Positions 1 to 9,057 of a stretch of DNA of 64,000 nt are shown here, one piece after another (within the stretch, counting starts at the first letter, position 1; each line of letters begins with the position of its first letter). The notes beneath the pieces were generated by a model that was given only the letters and a program-made list of their open reading frames with translations, was not told the origin of the DNA and ran no database searches. The stretch spans positions 55 to 64,054 of the forward strand of contig JAZLAH010000044.1 in assembly GCA_045613065.1 (NCBI GenBank), written 5' to 3'. Source of the stretch: Candidatus Fimenecus sp. GTDB lineage: Bacteria > Bacillota > Clostridia > Oscillospirales > Acutalibacteraceae. Both the position numbers and the translations under genes were made by a program.

Positions 1-1048
1 TTACAGGAGGATTTTTGTCAAGACCTTCCCACCAAACTGTATTGTCGTCAAGGTTACGAGCAACGTTTGTGAAGATTGTGCCCTTCTTTGTTGAAGCAAG
101 AGCATTTGGATTTGACTTAACATTTGTACCAGGTGCAACACCGAAGAAACCATTTTCAGGGTTGATAGCGTAAAGACGTCCGTCAGCACCCTTTCTAATC
201 CAAGAAATATCGTCACCTACACACCATACTTTGTAGCCCTTTGAAAGGTATCCTTCTGGTGGAATAAGCATAGCAAGGTTTGTCTTACCACATGCTGATG
301 GGAAAGCAGCACAGATGTACTTAACTTCGCCCTTTGGATTTTCGATACCAAGGATGAGCATGTGTTCAGCCTGCCAACCTTCGTTCTTACCCTGATATGA
401 AGCAATACGAAGAGCAAAGCACTTTTTACCAAGAAGAACGTTTCCTCCGTAACCTGAGTTAACAGAAATGATTGTGTTATCTTCAGGGAACTGGCAAATC
501 CATCTCTTTTCAGCGACAATGTCGCAACGGCAGTGGAGACCACGAACCCAGTCATTGCTTTCGTCACCGAAAGCTTCCATAACCTTAGCGCCAACACGAG
601 TCATAATAACCATGTTAAGAACAACATAGATTGAGTCTGTAAGTTCGATACCTACTTTTGCAAGAGGTGAACCAACAGGACCCATTGAGTAAGGAATAAC
701 ATACATTGTTCTACCCTTATAGCTGTCCTTTGCAATATCGTAAAGCATTGCATATGCTTTTTCTGGGTCCATCCAATGGTTTGTAGGACCTGCATCTTCT
801 TCTTTCTTTGAGCAGATAAGAGTTCTGTCTTCAACACGAGCAACGTCGTTAACTGCTGTCTTATGATAGTAGCAGTCAGGAAGAAGTTCCTGATTGAGTT
901 TTACGAGTTCGCCTGAAGCACAAGCTTCTGCACGAAGAGCTTCAATCTGCTCTTCACTACCGTCAATCCAAACAATATTGTCTGGCTTAACAAGTTCTAC
1001 CTGTTTGTCAATCCACTCAAGAATTGACTTGTTCTTTGTGAGTGCCAT
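1..1048 (-). CDS. pckG: GTP-dependent phosphoenolpyruvate carboxykinase, N-terminal ~349 codons (C-terminus lies beyond the window start)
   Basis: Own translation of the minus strand from ATG at 1046-1048: MALTKNKSILEWIDKQVELVKPDNIVWIDGSEEQIEALRAE...PTNHWMDP...AAFPSACGKTN (GTP-PEPCK P-loop). The frame stays open to position 1, so it is absent from the ORF track. The listed minus ORFs 1-216, 217-597 and 652-843 are other frames. Confidence 0.9.
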   Translation of the reverse strand, partial: MALTKNKSILEWIDKQVELVKPDNIVWIDGSEEQIEALRAEACASGELVKLNQELLPDCYYHKTAVNDVARVEDRTLICSKKEEDAGPTNHWMDPEKAYAMLYDIAKDSYKGRTMYVIPYSMGPVGSPLAKVGIELTDSIYVVLNMVIMTRVGAKVMEAFGDESNDWVRGLHCRCDIVAEKRWICQFPEDNTIISVNSGYGGNVLLGKKCFALRIASYQGKNEGWQAEHMLILGIENPKGEVKYICAAFPSACGKTNLAMLIPPEGYLSKGYKVWCVGDDISWIRKGADGRLYAINPENGFFGVAPGTNVKSNPNALASTKKGTIFTNVARNLDDNTVWWEGLDKNPPV

Positions 1049-1220
1049 AGTAGTTTACTCCTTTATATAAATTTCAAATTGATACCAAAATAAGCCATTC
1101 TTACCTATTTTGCATTATTATATACTAAATCTTGCATTTTTTCAATAGTGAAAATGATAATAAATTATCAATCATCTATGAACATTTTCTGTATATATTA
1201 TATACAATTATATAAAACAT

Positions 1221-2240
1221 TTAATTTGCGTAGTCTTTTTCTATATCTGCCGTTGCTTTGCCATTCAAATCCATATGGGCAATCGTACCCTTTAAAAATT
1301 CAAAATAGCCCTGTGCACCAACCATTGCACCATTATCACCGCACAATGATAAATCAGGCAAATATAAATCCCAGCCTTTTTCCTCTGCTAACTTTTCCAT
1401 ACGACTACGAAGTACAGAGTTTGCAGAAACACCGCCTGCTAACACAAGTGTTTTTTCGTTATGCATTTCCATAGCTTTAACTGTATTGTCCGCAAGTGAA
1501 TTTACAACAGCATTTATAAACGATGCGCCAACATCAGCTGTTTCAAGTGTTTCACCTTTTTGTGTTGCATTATGAACAAGGTTGATAACAGATGTTTTAA
1601 GTCCTGAAAAGCTGAAATCAAGAGGACTGCCGTCAACTCTTGGTTTTGGGAATTTATACTTTGTATTATCCCCATTTTTTGAAATTTTATCAAGATTTAC
1701 ACCACCAGGATATGGAAGGCCTAATGTACGTGCTGCCTTATCCATAGCCTCGCCTGCAGCATCATCACGAGTACGACCAACAACTTCAAAATCTGTATAA
1801 TCATTCACTTTGCATAGCAATGTGTTACCACCGGACACAACAAGACACATAAACGGTGGTTTCAAATCTTTATGAGTAATATAATTTGCTGCAATATGTG
1901 AACGAAGATGGTGAACAGGAATTAATGGTTTACCGCTTGCTAAAGACAGACCTTTCGCATAGTTCACACCAACAAGCAAAGCTCCTATAAGTCCTGGCGC
2001 ATAAGTTACAGCAATTCCGTCAATGTCTTGGAGAGTACATTTTGCATCACCTAGTGTTTTTTCAACAACTGCAGAAATGTTTTCTGTATGTAATCTTGAT
2101 GCTATTTCAGGCACAACGCCACCAAATATTTTATGTTTTTCAATCTGTGTTGACACTACATTTGACAATACATTTCTACCATCCTCAACAACTGCTGCAG
2201 CAGTTTCGTCACATGAACTTTCAATTGCTAAAATTTTCAT
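1221..2240 (-). CDS. tsaD: tRNA N6-adenosine threonylcarbamoyltransferase TsaD (Kae1/Gcp family)
   Basis: 339 aa. N-terminus MKILAIESSCDETAAAVV and HHLRSH metal site are typical of TsaD. It sits directly downstream of a rimI-type gene, as in Firmicute t6A operons. Confidence 0.93.
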   Translation of the reverse strand: MKILAIESSCDETAAAVVEDGRNVLSNVVSTQIEKHKIFGGVVPEIASRLHTENISAVVEKTLGDAKCTLQDIDGIAVTYAPGLIGALLVGVNYAKGLSLASGKPLIPVHHLRSHIAANYITHKDLKPPFMCLVVSGGNTLLCKVNDYTDFEVVGRTRDDAAGEAMDKAARTLGLPYPGGVNLDKISKNGDNTKYKFPKPRVDGSPLDFSFSGLKTSVINLVHNATQKGETLETADVGASFINAVVNSLADNTVKAMEMHNEKTLVLAGGVSANSVLRSRMEKLAEEKGWDLYLPDLSLCGDNGAMVGAQGYFEFLKGTIAHMDLNGKATADIEKDYAN

Positions 2241-2242
2241 AG

Positions 2243-3103
2243 TTATTCCTCAATATAGTAAGTATAGATTAATGCATCTTCAGTTGGCTTTGAATAAAAG
2301 TTTTTACGCTCGCCAATGAGTTTAAAGCCACATTTTTCATAAAGTGATATTGCTTTTTCATTGGATTTTCGCACTTCAAGCGTAATGAAAAATGCATTTT
2401 CAACTTCACTTTGTTTAATCAAGTGGTTTACAAGAATTTTACCATAACCATTACCACGACATTCTTTATTTACTGCCACATTTGTAATGTAAACTTCGTT
2501 ACAAATATTGTTTGAACCTATGTAACCAAGGAGGTTTTCACTGTGACGAACCACATAAAATCTTGCAGTTTCATTTATCAGTTCATCCCTTAATGAGTTT
2601 TCACTCCAAGGCTCAGAAAAACACTCTTTTTCAAGGTCGGCAATTTCTTTTATGTCACTTTCCTTCATTTCACGGATAACAACAGTATTTTGAATCTTTT
2701 CAATGATTTCAGAGAACTTGCTTTCAATCTGTTTTGCACATTCTTCATAAGTTTCCATTGGTCTGCCATAAGGGTCAGCCACATCCAGAACAACGATTTT
2801 GTTTTCGTCACAATGTCTTAAAAGAACTTGCTTATGAGAATCACTCATACAACAAAACAAATCAGTTGTAAGTAAATGTTCAGAATTTATATTTCTTGCT
2901 CTGTGACCTGAAATATCAACACCTCTGCTACCTGCAACAAGAATTGAATTTATACTGACCTCATCACCAGGAAATGCACCAACTCCTGCACTACCTACTT
3001 CAATATCGTTTATATTATTGTCATTAAGATATTTTTTGAATAGTCCTTCTGCCAATGGGCTTCTACAAGTGTTACCACTGCATATAAACATTATTTTTTT
3101 CAT
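2243..3103 (-). CDS. Fusion protein: N-terminal low-molecular-weight phosphatase (YwlE/LMW-PTP-like) plus C-terminal RimI-type GNAT N-acetyltransferase
   Basis: aa 1-140 carry CSGNTCRS (CX5R[ST] P-loop) and DPYG. aa ~145-286 carry IREMKESDIKEIADLEKECFSEPWS and the acetyl-CoA motif RGNGYGK, typical of RimI. Confidence 0.8.
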   Translation of the reverse strand: MKKIMFICSGNTCRSPLAEGLFKKYLNDNNINDIEVGSAGVGAFPGDEVSINSILVAGSRGVDISGHRARNINSEHLLTTDLFCCMSDSHKQVLLRHCDENKIVVLDVADPYGRPMETYEECAKQIESKFSEIIEKIQNTVVIREMKESDIKEIADLEKECFSEPWSENSLRDELINETARFYVVRHSENLLGYIGSNNICNEVYITNVAVNKECRGNGYGKILVNHLIKQSEVENAFFITLEVRKSNEKAISLYEKCGFKLIGERKNFYSKPTEDALIYTYYIEE

Positions 3104-3114
3104 AATTATTTCAA

Positions 3115-5700
3115 TTAACCTTTTGCATCGTACCAGGTCTTGCCTGTATTAACATCTGCTCTTAAACGAACTTTCATCTGGCAGGCATTTTCCATTTCTT
3201 CCTGAAGAATTTTAGCGGCTTTCTGTATCTCGTTTTCAGGTGCTTCAACAATCAATTCGTCGTGCACCTGTAAAATAAGTTTTGCATCCATTTTTTCTTC
3301 TTTAAGACGGTTGTACACTCTTACCATAGCAATTTTGATAATATCTGCTGCTGTACCCTGAATAGGCATATTTCTTGCAACTCTTTCACCGAATGCCCTT
3401 AACATTCCGTTGGAAGAATTAAGTTCAGGCAAATATCGTCTTCTGCCCCAAAGTGTTGAAACATAACCTTTTTCTTTAGCATCATTTGCAACTGTTTCCA
3501 TATACTTGTCAACACCTGCATAATGATGGAGATAGCCTTTTATATAATCATCTGCTTCTTTTCGTGTAACACCAATATCCTTTGCAAGAGAAAATGCACC
3601 GATACCATAAACGATACCGAAATTAACTGCTTTTGCACGACTTCTCATAAGTGGTGTAACCATCTGGACAGGCATATTGAACACCTGTGAGGCAGTAACC
3701 GTATGAATATCAACCTCGTCATTGAATGCTTTAAGCATTTCTTCATCATCGGCAATATGTGAAAGCACACGAAGTTCAATCTGTGAGTAGTCAGCATCTG
3801 CTAAAAGACTGCCTTCTTTTGCTATGAAAAACTTTCGCATTTCTCTGCCAATTTCCTTACGGACAGGAATATTCTGAAGATTTGGTTCAGTTGAAGAAAT
3901 TCGTCCTGTTCGTGTTTCTGTCTGTATAAACGAGGAATGAATTCTTCCGTCCTCACCGATTACCTTCAAAAGTCCTTCACAGTATGTTGAATAAAGCTTT
4001 GAAAGTGTTCTAAACCATAATATTTTATCAATTATAGGATTTTCATTTTGCAGACTTTCAAGTACATCTGCATTTGTTGAATATCCACTTTTTGTTTTTT
4101 TCTTTGCAGGGAGTCCCATTTTTTCAAAAAGAATTACACCAAGCTGTTTTGGTGAATTGATGTTAAACTCCTCACCTGCAAGTTCATAAATCTCACTTTG
4201 AATATTTTTAAGTTCTCCGCTGATTTTCTCGGTAAATTCAGCAATACCTTTACGGTCAACCATAAAGCCTAAATGTTCCATAGATGCAAGAACTTCTGCT
4301 AAAGGCATTTCCACATTATAGAGGAGATATTCCTGTTCATTTGCTTCTATTTCAGTTAAAATCCTTGTGCTGACAGATTTCATTACTGCACAATCAACTG
4401 CAAGTGGCAATTCTGTTTTCACCTTGGGTATTGGTGCTTTGTACTCCTCACAAAGTCGTAAAGGATTGTAACCATTTGCTGACGGATTAAGAATATATCC
4501 CGCAAGAGATGTATCAAGAGTCATTCCTACAATGGAAATGTTATTCATAAAAGCAAACCGATGTAAAAGTTTTGAGTTATCTGTATATTTCTTGATATTT
4601 TCATCCTCAAAAATTGTCTTTACAAACTCAAAGTATCCAACATGCATTGGTTCAAGGTGATATACAGTGTTATCACAAAGGAAACAGAACTGAGGATTGT
4701 CCAAATCCTTATAATCAGCAGTAAAATATGCCTTGTTTTCTACTTTGATTCTATTTAACAAATCATTTGTATCAAAATCAGAAACAAATTCAAGTTCTTT
4801 TGTTTTTTCCTCTTTCTTCTCAACAGATGTTGGTGCTGAAAAGTTGAGTTTTTCAATAATTTTGAACATTTCAAGGTCAGCAAGCATTGCTCTTGCTTTG
4901 CTTTCATCAACATTCTGTACACGCAAATCGTCCAATTCACATTCAATAGGCACATTGTTGATGATTGTACCAAGTGTATAACTTAAAAAAGCTTTTTCCT
5001 TATCGTTTATAAGCTTATTTTTAAGGTTATCCTTGATTTCAAGTGTGTCAATATTATCGTAAATATTCTGAATTGTACCGAATTTGTGAATGAGGTCACC
5101 TGCTGTTTTCTGACCAACACCTGCAACACCTGGAATACAGTCAGATGAGTCACCCTGGAGCGCTTTAATGTCAATCATCTGTAATGGTGTAACACCATAT
5201 TCCTCCATAATTCGTGCAGGAGTGTATGTTTCAGTTATTGTAGTGCCCATTTTTGTATGAGGAAGTAAAACTGTAACATTATCACGGATTAACTGAAATG
5301 AGTCACGGTCACCTGTTGCAATATAACATTCATTTCCGTTTTCGCACATTTTTGCAACTGTACCAAGAATGTCGTCAGCCTCATAACCCTCAAGAGAAAG
5401 AATTTTATATCCTAAAGCTGTCAAAAGCTCCTTGAGTACAGGTAACTGTTGTGCCAATTCAGGTGGCATTCCGTGACGATTAGCCTTATACCCATCATAC
5501 ATTTTATGACGAAATGTAGGTGCTTTAAGGTCAAAAGCAATAGCCACACCGTCAGGCTTAACCTCATCTGAAAGCTTCATAAGTATAGTTAAAAAGCCAT
5601 ATATACCATTTGTAAATCTGCCATCTTTTGTTGACAGGGCACGGATACCATAAAAGGCTCTGTTCAATATACTGTTACCATCAATTGCTAAAATTTTCAT
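3115..5700 (-). CDS. polA: DNA polymerase I
   Basis: 5' nuclease N-terminus MKILAIDGNSILNRAFYG. Pol motifs DYSQIELR (A), RSRAKAVNFGIVYG (B) and QVHDELIVE (C). Start moved to the internal ATG at 5698-5700, because the ORF-track N-terminal 18 aa look like spurious extension. Confidence 0.95.
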   Translation of the reverse strand: MKILAIDGNSILNRAFYGIRALSTKDGRFTNGIYGFLTILMKLSDEVKPDGVAIAFDLKAPTFRHKMYDGYKANRHGMPPELAQQLPVLKELLTALGYKILSLEGYEADDILGTVAKMCENGNECYIATGDRDSFQLIRDNVTVLLPHTKMGTTITETYTPARIMEEYGVTPLQMIDIKALQGDSSDCIPGVAGVGQKTAGDLIHKFGTIQNIYDNIDTLEIKDNLKNKLINDKEKAFLSYTLGTIINNVPIECELDDLRVQNVDESKARAMLADLEMFKIIEKLNFSAPTSVEKKEEKTKELEFVSDFDTNDLLNRIKVENKAYFTADYKDLDNPQFCFLCDNTVYHLEPMHVGYFEFVKTIFEDENIKKYTDNSKLLHRFAFMNNISIVGMTLDTSLAGYILNPSANGYNPLRLCEEYKAPIPKVKTELPLAVDCAVMKSVSTRILTEIEANEQEYLLYNVEMPLAEVLASMEHLGFMVDRKGIAEFTEKISGELKNIQSEIYELAGEEFNINSPKQLGVILFEKMGLPAKKKTKSGYSTNADVLESLQNENPIIDKILWFRTLSKLYSTYCEGLLKVIGEDGRIHSSFIQTETRTGRISSTEPNLQNIPVRKEIGREMRKFFIAKEGSLLADADYSQIELRVLSHIADDEEMLKAFNDEVDIHTVTASQVFNMPVQMVTPLMRSRAKAVNFGIVYGIGAFSLAKDIGVTRKEADDYIKGYLHHYAGVDKYMETVANDAKEKGYVSTLWGRRRYLPELNSSNGMLRAFGERVARNMPIQGTAADIIKIAMVRVYNRLKEEKMDAKLILQVHDELIVEAPENEIQKAAKILQEEMENACQMKVRLRADVNTGKTWYDAKG

Positions 5701-5782
5701 AACGAAACTCCAAATAATTAATATATAAATTATTGTATCACATTTCGTACACAAATTCCATATAAATATTAAATTACTTTAT

Positions 5783-5816
5783 ATATAACAAAACGGCGTA
5801 GTCAACTACACCGTTT
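5783..5816 (-). terminator. Rho-independent terminator after the GDPD gene
   Basis: Minus-strand hairpin AACGGTGTAG-TTGA-CTACGCCGTT followed by a U-rich tail. Confidence 0.6.
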
Positions 5817-5824
5817 AAAATTAA

Positions 5825-6838
5825 TTATTCATTATATATTCTGTACGCTACGTCAGGAACATCAGACATAATGCAGTCAGCACCAATTTCCTGAAGCAAT
5901 CTCATATCATCCTCATCATTGATTGTCCAATACTGAACAGCAAGATTGTGTTTATGAGCATAGTTTACGAAATGTGCATTTGCAAGGTTAAGACCATATC
6001 TTTCCATTGGAACCTGTAACGCATCAAACTTCAATACTGACTCTGGTGCTTTTATTCCAAAAAGAGAAAGTGCATATACCAAGATAACTTCATTCTGTGA
6101 TGCAGAACGGCTGATTTCAGGATAGTTATTATCAAGATACTCTGAAACCTCTTCATTAAAAGTACCAACTACAACTTTATCAACCAAATTCAAATCACTT
6201 AATATTCTGTAAAGTTCATCAGCTGCTTTATAGCCAAGTTCCATACTGTTTTTAATTTCAATGATGTAGTCGAAATCACCCTTGCTCTGGATGTAGGTAA
6301 GAACATCTACAAGCTTTGCTACACGAAGATTATCAGGAATATCTTCACCTCTTAATCCTTTATAAGGTGTTTCACCCGCGTCAGTTTCAAAACTTTCACC
6401 GAAGTTAAGTGCTCTCAACTCATCATAAGTATAATCTTCAGGACGAATCTCTTCTTTTCCGAAATATTCAACAGCATCTGTTGTTCTGTCCAATGTGCCG
6501 TCGTGAAGAATAATCAATTCACCATCACCAGTGATATGCAAATCAAATTCAAAAACGTCAATTTCATAATCCTGAGCATTCAAACAGCCTTCGATAGCCA
6601 TCATAGTGTTTTCAGGGAAAATTCCACGTCCTGAACGATGAGCTGAAACCATTGTATCCATATATTCAACAATGTATTTGTTGTCTGTATCATATTCCTT
6701 GTATGTATCTTTCCATTCGTGTTTAATAAGAGCAATTAATATTACTGCAATTATTAAAAGTATTGCAAGAATTATAGCAATTGTCTTAAAAAACGCTTTG
6801 AAAAATTTGCCAATTTTCTTTTTAATATTTGCTTCCAT
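5825..6838 (-). CDS. Membrane-anchored glycerophosphodiester phosphodiesterase (GDPD family)
   Basis: N-terminal TM helix (IAIILAILLIIAVILIALI). GDPD motifs HRSGRGIFPENT and EFDLHITGDGELIILHD. Confidence 0.85.
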   Translation of the reverse strand: MEANIKKKIGKFFKAFFKTIAIILAILLIIAVILIALIKHEWKDTYKEYDTDNKYIVEYMDTMVSAHRSGRGIFPENTMMAIEGCLNAQDYEIDVFEFDLHITGDGELIILHDGTLDRTTDAVEYFGKEEIRPEDYTYDELRALNFGESFETDAGETPYKGLRGEDIPDNLRVAKLVDVLTYIQSKGDFDYIIEIKNSMELGYKAADELYRILSDLNLVDKVVVGTFNEEVSEYLDNNYPEISRSASQNEVILVYALSLFGIKAPESVLKFDALQVPMERYGLNLANAHFVNYAHKHNLAVQYWTINDEDDMRLLQEIGADCIMSDVPDVAYRIYNE

Positions 6839-7070
6839 ATATTTTCTCCTTTAACATCCTAAATAGTTCTGATAGAACAAAAATTTGTGCTAATATATCA
6901 CACACAATATGCTATGTCAAGGAAAAATCCCCACTTTCTTAAGAAAAGATTTACTTTTTTACGCTTTTAAAAATTCAAATTTGATATGCTCGTCACTTAC
7001 ATTTCAAACTGTAGCTTATGCAACACACTGTTCAAGTTAATTAAATATAAATCTTTTCAAGAAATTACTA

Positions 7071-7099
7071 TTGACAATATTTATTCACGGTGCTAAAAT
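7071..7099 (+). promoter_or_regulatory. Sigma-70-type promoter for the T-box/trpB unit
   Basis: TTGACA (7071-7076), 17-nt spacer, TAAAAT (7094-7099). Confidence 0.6.
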
Positions 7100-7105
7100 T
7101 CTTGT

Positions 7106-7378
7106 AAGTTAATATTCAACCTGACAAACCGATGAGAAAGAGTAGTAATTGATTTTATCTTATTTTTAGAGAGCTGTTGATGGTGAAAATACAGCAATAA
7201 GAATTTCAACGAATGGACTTTTGAGGGCAATCCGATATGTAGGTGCGACGGAGGGCAACCGTTATAGTGCTATGTGTATGAAAGTACACGGTGAGTGCGT
7301 ATTTAAAATACGAATTTGGGTGGTACCGCAGATTTTTTCAGTCTGTCCCATAGTTGTGGGATGGATTTTTTATTTTTT
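7106..7378 (+). promoter_or_regulatory. T-box riboswitch leader, probable Trp (UGG) specifier
   Basis: GA/K-turn GATGAGAAAGAGTAG. AGAGAG...TGGTGAAAA distal stem I motifs. Specifier-loop GAA-TGG-A with TGG at 7214-7216. Conserved T-box sequence AATTTGGGTGGTACCGCAG at 7313-7331. Terminator hairpin 7343-7364 followed by ATTTTTTATTTTTT. Confidence 0.9.
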
Positions 7379-7392
7379 AAGGAGGAATAATT

Positions 7393-8613
7393 ATGATTCT
7401 CAATAATGTTGATTTTGAAACTTATTTTAACAACTATCCTGATAAAAACGGTTATTTCGGTAAATACGGCGGTGTTTTTATCGACGACAAGTTAAAGGCT
7501 GCTATGGCTGAAATCACTGAAGCATATTTTTCAATATGTCAGTCAAGAAAGTTTATTGCAGAACTTCGCAGAATTCGTAAAGAATTTCAGGGTCGTCCTA
7601 CTCCTGTTACACACCTTGAAAGACTTTCAGACTCTCTTGGTGGCAAGGTTCAGCTTTATGCAAAGCGTGAAGATTTGAACCATTCAGGTGCCCACAAACT
7701 CAATCACTGTATGGGTGAAGCACTTCTTGCAAAATACATGGGCAAGAAAAAGGTTATTGCTGAAACAGGTGCAGGTCAGCACGGTGTTGCTCTTGCTACT
7801 GCGGCTGCATACTTCGGTCTTGAGTGTGATATGTATATGGGCTCTGTTGATATTAAGAAACAGGCGCCAAACGTTGCAAGAATGAAGATTCTCGGCGCAA
7901 ATGTTGTTGAAGTTACTCATGGTCTTCAGACACTTAAAGAAGCAGTTGACGCTGCATTTGACGCGTACAGCAAGGAATACAACGATTGCATTTATTGTAT
8001 CGGTTCAGTTTTAGGCCCTCACCCATTCCCAATGATGGTTCGTGATTTCCAGAGTGTTATTGGTATCGAGGCAAGAGAACAGTTTATGGAAATGACAGGT
8101 CATCTTCCTAACGCTGTTGTTGCTTGTGTTGGTGGTGGTAGTAATGCTGCGGGTCTTTTCTCCGGATTCTTAAACGACCCTGTTGACATTTATGGTATTG
8201 AGCCTCTTGGTCGCGGCCCTAAAATGGGAGACCACGCAGCAAGTCTTAAATACGGTACAGAAGGTGTTATGCACGGGTTCAACAGCATTATGCTTAAGGA
8301 CGAAAACGGTGAACCAGCTCCTGTTTACTCAGTTGCAAGCGGTCTTGACTACCCTTCTTCAGGTCCTGAACACGCATTCTTACAGGAACTCGGCAGAGTT
8401 AAGTATGATGTTATTGATGACGAAGAAACAATCGATGCTTTCTTCAAGCTTTCTCGTCTTGAGGGTATTATTCCTGCTATCGAAAGTTCACACGCGGTAG
8501 CTTTTGGTATGAAACTTGCAAAACAGATGGAACATGGTTCAATCCTTATCAACCTTTCAGGTCGTGGAGATAAAGATATGGACTATATCATCGAAAATTA
8601 TGGCATAAGATAA
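7393..8613 (+). CDS. trpB: Tryptophan synthase beta chain (stand-alone, no trpA or other trp genes adjacent)
   Basis: 406 aa. GYFGKYGG N-terminal motif, PLP-lysine motif [17 protein letters not shown] loop. RBS AAGGAGG lies upstream. Confidence 0.9.
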   Translation: MILNNVDFETYFNNYPDKNGYFGKYGGVFIDDKLKAAMAEITEAYFSICQSRKFIAELRRIRKEFQGRPTPVTHLERLSDSLGGKVQLYAKREDLNHSGAHKLNHCMGEALLAKYMGKKKVIAETGAGQHGVALATAAAYFGLECDMYMGSVDIKKQAPNVARMKILGANVVEVTHGLQTLKEAVDAAFDAYSKEYNDCIYCIGSVLGPHPFPMMVRDFQSVIGIEAREQFMEMTGHLPNAVVACVGGGSNAAGLFSGFLNDPVDIYGIEPLGRGPKMGDHAASLKYGTEGVMHGFNSIMLKDENGEPAPVYSVASGLDYPSSGPEHAFLQELGRVKYDVIDDEETIDAFFKLSRLEGIIPAIESSHAVAFGMKLAKQMEHGSILINLSGRGDKDMDYIIENYGIR

Positions 8614-8624
8614 ATTTTCAATAT

Positions 8625-8657
8625 AAGACGAGGTTTTTCACCTCGTCTTAATTTTTT
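8625..8657 (+). terminator. Rho-independent terminator after trpB
   Basis: AAGACGAGG-TTTTTCA-CCTCGTCTT followed by AATTTTTT. Confidence 0.8.
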
Positions 8658-8689
8658 AGCAAGCTAAAAAACACACCGATTAAAATGTC

Positions 8690-8718
8690 TTGATTTATTG
8701 TTTTTAAAGGAATATAAT
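8690..8718 (+). promoter_or_regulatory. Sigma-70-type promoter upstream of the tRNA-Pro leader
   Basis: TTGATT (8690-8695), 17-nt spacer, TATAAT (8713-8718). Confidence 0.6.
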
Positions 8719-8739
8719 TAATGAATAAAAAATGTAAAT

Positions 8740-8763
8740 ATCGAGATGTAGCGCAGATGGTAG
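8740..8763 (+). repeat. Exact 24-nt direct copy of the 5' end of tRNA-Pro (second copy at 8932-8955)
   Basis: ATCGAGATGTAGCGCAGATGGTAG occurs at both positions. The first copy diverges afterwards into a purine-rich ~125-nt segment. Confidence 0.95.
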
Positions 8764-8933
8764 TTTTGAGCACGACCGCTGCCTGTGACAGATAAAGGGA
8801 GTGCGAAAAGGGGCAAAACAAGGAGTTATGCGAACCGGCAGTGAGCAGAACGACTATGTTTTAACCGTAAGCCACGTAGTGGCGCGACAATAGAACAAAT
8901 CATTACAAACAACAAATAATTACAACAGAACAT

Positions 8934-9009
8934 CGAGATGTAGCGCAGATGGTAGCGCGCCACGTTCGGGACGTGGATGCCGCAGGTTCGACTCCTGTCA
9001 TCTCGACCA
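8934..9009 (+). tRNA. tRNA-Pro (anticodon CGG), CCA encoded
   Basis: Manual cloverleaf. Acceptor CGAGATG/CATCTCG, D stem GCGC/GCGC, anticodon stem CCACG/CGTGG with loop TTCGGGA (G37), T arm GCAGG-TTCGACT-CCTGT, discriminator A plus CCA. 76 nt. Confidence 0.9.
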
Positions 9010-9010
9010 A

Positions 9011-9044
9011 AACCCGATTTTATTAAAATTCGGGTTATCTTTTC
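9011..9044 (+). terminator. AT-rich hairpin with short U tract between tRNA-Pro and the MATE gene (weak terminator or processing site)
   Basis: AACCCGATTTT-ATT-AAAATTCGGGTT followed by ATCTTTT. Only 48 nt separate the tRNA CCA from the MATE start codon. Confidence 0.5.
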
Positions 9045-9057
9045 AATAGGTGAAATT

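Noticed and set aside
1-843. Minus-strand ORFs 1-216, 217-597 and 652-843 from the ORF track
   Set aside because: They lie in the wrong frames inside the PEPCK gene. The real frame, open from 1048 to the window edge, carries clear PEPCK motifs.
7221-7406. 61-aa plus-strand ORF upstream of trpB
   Set aside because: It lies entirely within the T-box leader, spanning the T-box motif and terminator. The RNA element explains the region.
8690-9057. Integrated mobile element or prophage at the tRNA-Pro gene
   Set aside because: The duplicated tRNA segment spans only 192 nt, and no integrase, excisionase or phage genes lie nearby. At most it is a scar, reported as a finding rather than a mobile element.
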